In this document: positions 57,956 to 64,000 of the stretch, piece after piece
How the letters are laid out: every line of letters begins with the position of its first letter
Position numbering within the stretch: the stretch's first letter is position 1
Source of the DNA: Parcubacteria group bacterium 21-54-25
Lineage (GTDB): Bacteria; Patescibacteriota; Minisyncoccia; Phycocordibacterales; Phycocordibacteraceae
Length of the DNA stretch: 64,000 bases
Assembly: GCA_002255585.1 (NCBI GenBank)
Contig: NCBJ01000005.1
Span: forward strand, 1,066-65,065
Reading direction: 5' to 3'
The notes under the pieces: generated by a model
Told to the model about the DNA's origin: nothing
Database searches by the model: none
What the model saw: only the letters and a program-made list of their open reading frames with translations
Program-made: the position numbers and the translations under genes

Positions 57956-58507
57956 ATGATGCTTTCAAAAGAACGACAACAGACAGCTTTCGACGTACTC
58001 TCAGGCACGTTTGGCTACACCAGTCGTATGGCCGCGCCGCGTGTAGTCAAAGTAGTGGTCTCTTCCGGCACCGGCAAGAAACGTGATGCCAAACAACTCG
58101 AGCTTATTGCCGATCGGCTCGCACATATTACCGGGCAAAAACCTTCCTCACGATCCGCAAAGCAATCTATCGCCTCGTTTAAAGTACGCGAAGGAGATCC
58201 GGTCGGTTTTTCGATAACGCTACGTGGCGCACGTATGTTCGATTTTCTCGACAAACTCATCCATGTCGCGTTGCCGCGTACGCGCGATTTCCGTGGCATT
58301 CCCAGAACAGCAATTGATGCTATGGGTAACATTACTATCGGTATTCGTGAGCACACCATTTTTCCTGAGACGGCCGATGAAGACCTTAAGGATGTCTTTG
58401 GGCTTGCAGTGACGGTCGTTACGACGGCGCGCACACGCGAAGAAGCAGAGGCATTCTTTCGTCACTTGGGGTTTCCCCTGCGCGTTGACGGGGACGCAAA
58501 ACGTTGA
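57956..58507 (+). CDS. rplE: 50S ribosomal protein L5
   Basis: PRVVKVVVSSGTGKKRDAKQLE...RDFRGIP...GNITIGIREHTIFPE. Confidence 0.9.
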   Translation: MMLSKERQQTAFDVLSGTFGYTSRMAAPRVVKVVVSSGTGKKRDAKQLELIADRLAHITGQKPSSRSAKQSIASFKVREGDPVGFSITLRGARMFDFLDKLIHVALPRTRDFRGIPRTAIDAMGNITIGIREHTIFPETADEDLKDVFGLAVTVVTTARTREEAEAFFRHLGFPLRVDGDAKR

Positions 58508-58551
58508 TAGGATGAGCTTGTGACGCTCTCCGCGTCTTTTTTCTTATTTTT

Positions 58552-58821
58552 ATGGCAAAAACTTCTCAACTCGCACGAAACGCAAAGCGCGTGAAGCTCG
58601 CGGCGAAGTACGCACAGAAGCGTACGGCGCTTAAAGCTGCTGGTGATTGGGAAGGACTACAGAAACTTCCTCGCAATTCTTCACCCGTACGGATAAAAAA
58701 TCGTTGCGCCGTCTCCGGCCGTAGTCGGGGTTATCTGCGACCGTTTGGACTCTCGCGCATCACGTTCCGCGAGCTTGCCCGTGAGGGCAAGATTCCGGGC
58801 GTTAAAAAAGCATCATGGTAA
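58552..58821 (+). CDS. rpsN: 30S ribosomal protein S14 (89 aa, non-zinc form)
   Basis: [41 protein letters not shown]. Confidence 0.8.
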   Translation: MAKTSQLARNAKRVKLAAKYAQKRTALKAAGDWEGLQKLPRNSSPVRIKNRCAVSGRSRGYLRPFGLSRITFRELAREGKIPGVKKASW

Positions 58822-59201
58822 GTGACCGCGTCGGAGACTTCATCATTCGGTTGAAAAACGCGAGTGCCGTAAAGCGTACTGAGGTCGCTGTACCGTACTC
58901 CAAACAACTTGAAGCGATTGCGAAGAAACTACGCGAACTTGGTTTTGTCGGTATGGTCGAGAAAATGGATGAACGAACACTTCGTGTCACACTCGCGTAT
59001 GATACGCGGGGGGTAAGCCGTATCCGTAATGTTCGTCGCCTCTCTAAACCCGGCCGGCGGCTTTATGTGTCGCATCGCGGTGTTCATACAGTCGCGGGCG
59101 GCACGGGTGCGCGCATTCTCTCCACGCCTCAAGGGGTCCTCTCGGACGCCGAGGCACGTCGTGCGCGTGTTGGAGGAGAATCACTTTTCGAAATCTGGTA
59201 A
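58815..59201 (+). CDS. rpsH: 30S ribosomal protein S8
   Basis: [29 protein letters not shown]...GGEVLCYVW-like tail ESLFEIW. Confidence 0.9.
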   Translation: MVSDRVGDFIIRLKNASAVKRTEVAVPYSKQLEAIAKKLRELGFVGMVEKMDERTLRVTLAYDTRGVSRIRNVRRLSKPGRRLYVSHRGVHTVAGGTGARILSTPQGVLSDAEARRARVGGESLFEIW

Positions 59202-59213
59202 CCTATCTATTCT

Positions 59214-59747
59214 ATGTCACGCTTTGTAAAAAAACCTATTGGTGTACCACCACGAGTTGAGGTGGCGGCTGACGTTAGCACCCTGTCGGTCAAGGGCCCG
59301 CTTGGTACACTTTCACGCACCGTGCACCCCACCATCGCTATAACTGTCGCTTCTGAGGGTGTGTCTATAGCGGCGCGGAATAACAGTAAACTTGCGAAAG
59401 CACTCTCCGGCACGTTCGCCGCACATCTCAAAAACATGATGGCCGGGGTCTCTGCGCCGTTTAAGAAAACGCTTATACTGGAGGGCGTTGGGTATCGGGT
59501 CGAGCAGAAAGGGAAGGAATTGGTATTTACAGTCGGGTTCTCACATCCCGTTGCACTTCCTATTCCAGAAGGCATTACCGCCGCAGTCGAAAAAAACATC
59601 GTTCGGCTTGAGGGTATTGATAAGGAGCTCGTCGGGCAGTTTGCCGCCGTCGTGCGTGCCGTAAAGCCACCGGAACCATATCTTGGGAAAGGTATTCGCT
59701 ATGAAGGCGAAGTGATCCGTCGCAAACAGGGCAAGAAATCTGTATAA
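59214..59747 (+). CDS. rplF: 50S ribosomal protein L6
   Basis: [17 protein letters not shown]...[12 protein letters not shown]; two L6 repeats. Confidence 0.9.
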   Translation: MSRFVKKPIGVPPRVEVAADVSTLSVKGPLGTLSRTVHPTIAITVASEGVSIAARNNSKLAKALSGTFAAHLKNMMAGVSAPFKKTLILEGVGYRVEQKGKELVFTVGFSHPVALPIPEGITAAVEKNIVRLEGIDKELVGQFAAVVRAVKPPEPYLGKGIRYEGEVIRRKQGKKSV

Positions 59748-59755
59748 ACAACAGT

Positions 59756-60103
59756 ATGGCTACTTCCACAACCAAACACTCTTTGAGAATACGCCGGCAC
59801 GCCCGCGTGCGTGCGCGGGTGACTGGCACGAAAGAACGCCCACGCCTTGCGGTATTTAAGTCGAACCGGTTTATTTCGGCACAGCTTATCGATGATGTGG
59901 CTTCCAAAACACTCGCCAGCGCACACGGTCGCGAGTTTGGCGGCGCCAAACTCGCACAGGCGGAAGCGGTTGGCAAATCTCTCGCCGCGCGTGCAAAGAA
60001 AACAGGCATCACTACAGTTGTCTTTGACCGTGGTGGCTATGCTTACGCGGCGCGTGTGAAAGCACTTGCCGATGCCGCGCGCGCTGGAGGACTCGCTTTT
60101 TAA
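59756..60103 (+). CDS. rplR: 50S ribosomal protein L18
   Basis: [20 protein letters not shown]...[30 protein letters not shown]. Confidence 0.85.
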   Translation: MATSTTKHSLRIRRHARVRARVTGTKERPRLAVFKSNRFISAQLIDDVASKTLASAHGREFGGAKLAQAEAVGKSLAARAKKTGITTVVFDRGGYAYAARVKALADAARAGGLAF

Positions 60104-60107
60104 TGAT

Positions 60108-60755
60108 ATGAAAACGATAACACCCGATATAATTACCGAGAAAGAAACACCGCGCGTCGAGGCTCCGGTGGAACGTCTTCCCGTCGAAACGCCCGCTGCC
60201 CAGCCGAAAGTCGAGCAAAAAGATAATCGTGCTACGGCGCCCGCGATTCGCGCACCGCGCGGTCGAGGCGCGCGCCGTGGCCGCGGCGAGCGCCCCCGTT
60301 CTGAATTTGATCAAGCGACGATTGATGTGCGTCGTGTAGCGCGTGTGATGGCAGGTGGGCGACGCTTCAGTTTCAGTGTAACCGTGGTCATTGGTGATCG
60401 TAAGGGTCGAGTAGGCGTTGGACTCGGCAAGGGGGCCGATACGGCACTCGCAATCGAGAAGGCGACGCGTGACGCTCGTCGCCGTCTCATCACTGTGTCA
60501 CGGACGAACTCAGGTTCAATCCCGCATGCCGTCTCGGAGAAGTATGCTTCGTCTGTGGTCACCGTGATTCCGTCGCCCGGACGCGGCGTGGTCGCCGGGA
60601 GTGCCATGCGTACGGTATTGGAGCTTGCAGGCGTAAGCGACGTTGTGGGGAAAATTCTCTCACGTTCAAAAAATAAACTTACGATTGCCCGTGCGACTGT
60701 CATCGCGCTCGGCATGCTCACGCCGTCGCCTTCGCTGCCGAAATCACAGGTATAA
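60108..60755 (+). CDS. rpsE: 30S ribosomal protein S5 (long N-terminal extension)
   Basis: IDVRRVARVMAGGRRFSFSVTVVIGDRKGRVGVGLGKGADTALAIEKA; start ATG 60108 after rplR stop. Confidence 0.85.
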   Translation: MKTITPDIITEKETPRVEAPVERLPVETPAAQPKVEQKDNRATAPAIRAPRGRGARRGRGERPRSEFDQATIDVRRVARVMAGGRRFSFSVTVVIGDRKGRVGVGLGKGADTALAIEKATRDARRRLITVSRTNSGSIPHAVSEKYASSVVTVIPSPGRGVVAGSAMRTVLELAGVSDVVGKILSRSKNKLTIARATVIALGMLTPSPSLPKSQV

Positions 60756-60763
60756 TTATCGTT

Positions 60764-61216
60764 ATGCAACTGCACACACTCAAACCGTCCCATGCAAAAA
60801 CGACTGCCCGTCGGGTTGGTCGTGGGGGCAAGCGTGGCAAGACAAGCGGTCGCGGCACCAAAGGCCAGAAGTCGCGTGCCGGCCACAAAATACGGCCAGA
60901 GATGCGCGATCTGATTAAGAAACTTCCGAAGCGTCGCGGCTACGGCAAAAACCGTAGCCGGACCGTACGCAGTAATCGAAAATCATTTGCAACGGTGAAC
61001 CTTTCGGCACTCGAAGCGCACTTTACTGCAGGCGAGACGGTGACTCCAACCGCACTTGTGCGTAGCGGCCTCGTGCGAACCCTGCGTGGCGCCGCCGGTG
61101 TGAAAATTCTTGGTACCGGAGCGCTTACCAAAGCACTCACTGTTTCTAAATGTCTCGTTTCGGCTGCCGCTGTTCACGCTATAGAGACGGCAGGCGGCAC
61201 CGTTACTCATGATTGA
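60764..61216 (+). CDS. rplO: 50S ribosomal protein L15 (follows rpsE directly; no L30 gene)
   Basis: MQLHTLKPSHAKTTARRVGRGGKRGKTSGRGTKGQKSRAG. Confidence 0.85.
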   Translation: MQLHTLKPSHAKTTARRVGRGGKRGKTSGRGTKGQKSRAGHKIRPEMRDLIKKLPKRRGYGKNRSRTVRSNRKSFATVNLSALEAHFTAGETVTPTALVRSGLVRTLRGAAGVKILGTGALTKALTVSKCLVSAAAVHAIETAGGTVTHD

Positions 61217-62483
61217 GGCATTCTTCAAGAAACTTAAGCTCACCTTCACGGATCGAGAAATCCGAAACCGTGTTCTCGTCGTCATTGGCGCACTCGTACT
61301 CTTTCGTTTCCTCGCGGCAATTCCCATTCCGGGCGTGAACCACGTGCGCTTGCAGGAATTTTTTGCAAGCAATCAATTTCTCGGCCTTCTCAATATTTTT
61401 TCCGGCGGGGGCCTCGCACAGCTTTCCATCGTCATGCTCGGCGTGGCGCCATACATCAACGCGTCCATCATTATGCAGGTCGCAACAATAATTTTCCCTC
61501 AGGTTAAAGAAGCATATTTTGAAGAAGGCGAAGCCGGGCGCGCAAAATTTATTCAGTGGAGCCGTGTCTTGACGGTGCCACTCGCGTTTCTTCAAGGCAT
61601 CGGCTTCCTTATACTACTTCAAAACCAAGGCATCATACCGCACCTCTCGCTATTGGCGTTTTCAGCGAATGTGGCGCTCGTGGCGGGCGGGTCTATGCTC
61701 CTCACCTGGATCGGTGAGCTCGTTACGGAGTTCGGTATTGGTAACGGAGTCTCGCTCATCATATTCGCAGGTATCATTTCCGGTGTTCCGGCAGCGGTCT
61801 CACAAGCACTCTTCACTGCCACGGCCCAAAGCATACCGTCGTATCTTGGTTTTGCGGCTATTGCGCTTGGTATCACCTATGCTGTGGTAGTCGTTTCAGA
61901 CGCAGAGCGCTCAATTCCCATCGCCTATGCTCGCGCAGTGCGGGGGGCAGCTTTTTCACAAGGTGCGGCTACCTATTTACCGATTCGCATCTTGCAGGCC
62001 GGTGTTATTCCAATCATTTTTGCGCTGTCGCTTCTGCTTCTTCCACAGATGGCGCTCTCCATGCTTGCGGCAGCAGGAATATCCGGCGTGCAGGGAGCAT
62101 CGCTCTGGTACGCTTCATTCGTCGCCAATCCGTGGGAATATGGATCAATCTATTTCCTACTTGTCATTCTCTTTACCTATTTTTATACCGCTATTACATT
62201 CGACCCACACCGTATCTCCGACGATCTCCAAAAGAGCGGTGCTTTTGTGCCTGGTGTGCGCCCCGGTCGTGAGACCGAAAAGTATGTTGGCGCAGTCGTA
62301 AATCGTGTCACGCTCCCGGGCGCAGTCTTCCTTGGCCTGCTCGCCGTTGCGCCATTTATCATTCAAGGAGTGACGGGCATTACCACCTTCTTGGTTGGGG
62401 GTACCGCACTCCTGATCGTTGTACAAGTGCTGCTTGACCTCGCGCTCAAAATCGACGCACAGGTCTCATTGCGGGAGTATTAA
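61209..62483 (+). CDS. secY: Preprotein translocase subunit SecY
   Basis: 424 aa, 10 TM, FLAAIPIPGV, GVAPYINASIIMQ. Confidence 0.9.
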   Translation: MIEAFFKKLKLTFTDREIRNRVLVVIGALVLFRFLAAIPIPGVNHVRLQEFFASNQFLGLLNIFSGGGLAQLSIVMLGVAPYINASIIMQVATIIFPQVKEAYFEEGEAGRAKFIQWSRVLTVPLAFLQGIGFLILLQNQGIIPHLSLLAFSANVALVAGGSMLLTWIGELVTEFGIGNGVSLIIFAGIISGVPAAVSQALFTATAQSIPSYLGFAAIALGITYAVVVVSDAERSIPIAYARAVRGAAFSQGAATYLPIRILQAGVIPIIFALSLLLLPQMALSMLAAAGISGVQGASLWYASFVANPWEYGSIYFLLVILFTYFYTAITFDPHRISDDLQKSGAFVPGVRPGRETEKYVGAVVNRVTLPGAVFLGLLAVAPFIIQGVTGITTFLVGGTALLIVVQVLLDLALKIDAQVSLREY

Positions 62484-62547
62484 CGCTCGTGTTTTTGGGC
62501 ACGGTCGTTGCAGTCTTGCTATTTTTCACCTACACTTTCATCTACCC

Positions 62548-63120
62548 ATGGCGGATACCCACACTATTTTTTTTCTTGGCAAGCCTGGCTGTGGAAAAGG
62601 TACACAAGCAAGGCATCTTTCAAGACGCACCGAGTGGCCGATTATTTCTGCTGGCGCTCAATTTAGAGAGATTGCGACTGAAAATTCACCGGTCGGACGT
62701 AAAATAAAAAATGAAATTGATTCAGGTGCTCTTGCGCCACACTGGTTTGCTATGTATCTCTACCAAAAATCGTTGTTCTCCGTGCCAGAAAACCAGAGTG
62801 TTATTTTTGACGGTTTCAACAGAAAGCTTGAGGAGGCACGGTTAGTGGTCGATTCTCTCACATGGCTCAATCGACCTTTTGTTGTTATTAACCTTGTTAT
62901 TTCTGATGAATTAGTACGTACTCGTATCGAGACGCGAAGCCGTAGTGAAAAGCGCGGAGACGATCAGAGCGTAGAAACACGCCTTGAGGAATACTACACA
63001 TACACGCAGCAAGCGATTGAATTGTTTCGCGCAGAACACATGTTGGTCGATATCGATGGCGCGCAGGATGAAGACACGATCGCTGCCGACATCTGCACAG
63101 CGCTTGCGCTTTCTGCATGA
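62548..63120 (+). CDS. adk: Adenylate kinase
   Basis: FLGKPGCGKGTQA P-loop; start ATG 62548. Confidence 0.8.
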   Translation: MADTHTIFFLGKPGCGKGTQARHLSRRTEWPIISAGAQFREIATENSPVGRKIKNEIDSGALAPHWFAMYLYQKSLFSVPENQSVIFDGFNRKLEEARLVVDSLTWLNRPFVVINLVISDELVRTRIETRSRSEKRGDDQSVETRLEEYYTYTQQAIELFRAEHMLVDIDGAQDEDTIAADICTALALSA

Positions 63121-63896
63121 TAGTCCGTACGCCAAAACAGCGCGATACCCTCATCGAGGCAGGCCGTCGTCTCGGCGTGGTACTGGACGAGCTTGCAAGA
63201 GCCGCGGTACCCGGCTGCTCGACGGAGGCGCTTGACGACCTTGCCGAGCAACTCATCCGTGCGGAAGGTGACGAGCCGTCCTTCCTCGGCTACACCCCTG
63301 AAGGATCTGCGCGCCCGTACCCAGCGACGGTATGCGTATCGATAAACGATGCAGTAGTTCACGGTATTCCGAATGAATCACCGCGCTTGCTTACAGAAGG
63401 TGATCTGGTAAGTCTCGATCTCGGGCTTACACACGACGGCATCATCGTCGACTCGGCCATTACGGTTCCGGTTGGAAAAACTGATAAGACTGGCTACGCG
63501 CTCATGAGCGCCACCGCAGCCGCACTTGAAGCAGCAATGGCAGTCGCGCAACCCGGCGCTCGCGTGGGGGACATTTCGTACGCAACGGAGAAGGCATTTG
63601 AAAGAACAGGATTTTCTGTAGTGAAAATGCTTGGGGGGCACGGCGTGGGTGCACACGTGCACGAAGAGCCGTTCATTGCTAACGCAGGGAAGCCAGGAAC
63701 GGGCGAGATACTTGTGCCAGGCATGGTGCTTGCGCTTGAGCCCATTGCCAACGAAGGTAAGGCAACAGTAGTCATTGCTAACGACGGGTACACGTTTCGT
63801 ACGAAAGATGGCAAGCGGTCAGCACATTTTGAGCACACGATTCTGGTAGAGACAGGCGGTCCACTCGTCGTAACGCGTCGCCCGAGTGAGAAGTGA
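63117..63896 (+). CDS. map: Methionine aminopeptidase type I
   Basis: Metal ligands in ...VHGIP...DLVSLDLG...HGVG...H..E...E...; ATGA overlap with adk. Confidence 0.9.
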   Translation: MIVRTPKQRDTLIEAGRRLGVVLDELARAAVPGCSTEALDDLAEQLIRAEGDEPSFLGYTPEGSARPYPATVCVSINDAVVHGIPNESPRLLTEGDLVSLDLGLTHDGIIVDSAITVPVGKTDKTGYALMSATAAALEAAMAVAQPGARVGDISYATEKAFERTGFSVVKMLGGHGVGAHVHEEPFIANAGKPGTGEILVPGMVLALEPIANEGKATVVIANDGYTFRTKDGKRSAHFEHTILVETGGPLVVTRRPSEK

Positions 63897-64000
63897 TTCG
63901 GTCACCCGGGCCTGTCAGTCTGTTTGAAAAAATGCACGCCCCGGGCCGCTTGGCCACGTCTTACGCATTTTCCACAAACCGGCTGACAGGCCAGTTTGTG

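Overview
This 64-kb window looks like a gene-dense fragment of a small-genome, CPR/Patescibacteria-like bacterium; the lineage is my inference from the sequence. The evidence for it: no L30 gene between rpsE and rplO, almost all core genes without a Shine-Dalgarno but with -10-like boxes 6-10 nt before the ATG, and a type IV pilus plus ComEC competence locus. Order along the + strand: a T4P block (pilB 3' part, pilC, three pilin-like genes); tpiA-pgk; a HIT hydrolase; recJ; RNase HI; a ComEC membrane module; a minus-strand marR / membrane-fusion / RND efflux operon; and a ~4-kb accessory segment. The accessory segment carries a perfect 45-bp dyad-containing repeat in front of two genes, several SD-bearing hypotheticals, a Fe/Mn superoxide dismutase and a candidate small RNA with a consensus promoter and an intrinsic terminator. 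A separate ComEC-type MBL gene, an HD-hydrolase, rpmB and an M50 protease follow. Next comes a surface-protein cluster: a 1664-aa HYR/beta-helix/Big/Fn3 giant, then adjacent dockerin and cohesin-like genes. After that: rpsL-rpsG, a PEBP gene, a membrane protein, fusA, an inserted 1051-aa gene with two dockerins, TIG repeats and a PG-binding domain, tuf, rpsJ, an inserted lipoprotein, and rplC-rplD-rplW-rplB. A 4-kb insertion bracketed by a 57-bp hairpin repeat sits before the rest of the S10/spc/alpha cluster through secY, adk and map. The most interesting points are the candidate cohesin-dockerin / PG-binding surface display system, the ribosomal operons interrupted by surface and membrane genes, the repeated regulatory palindromes, the candidate sRNA and the two-gene ComEC. 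I found no CRISPR array, transposase, integrase or tRNA/rRNA gene.
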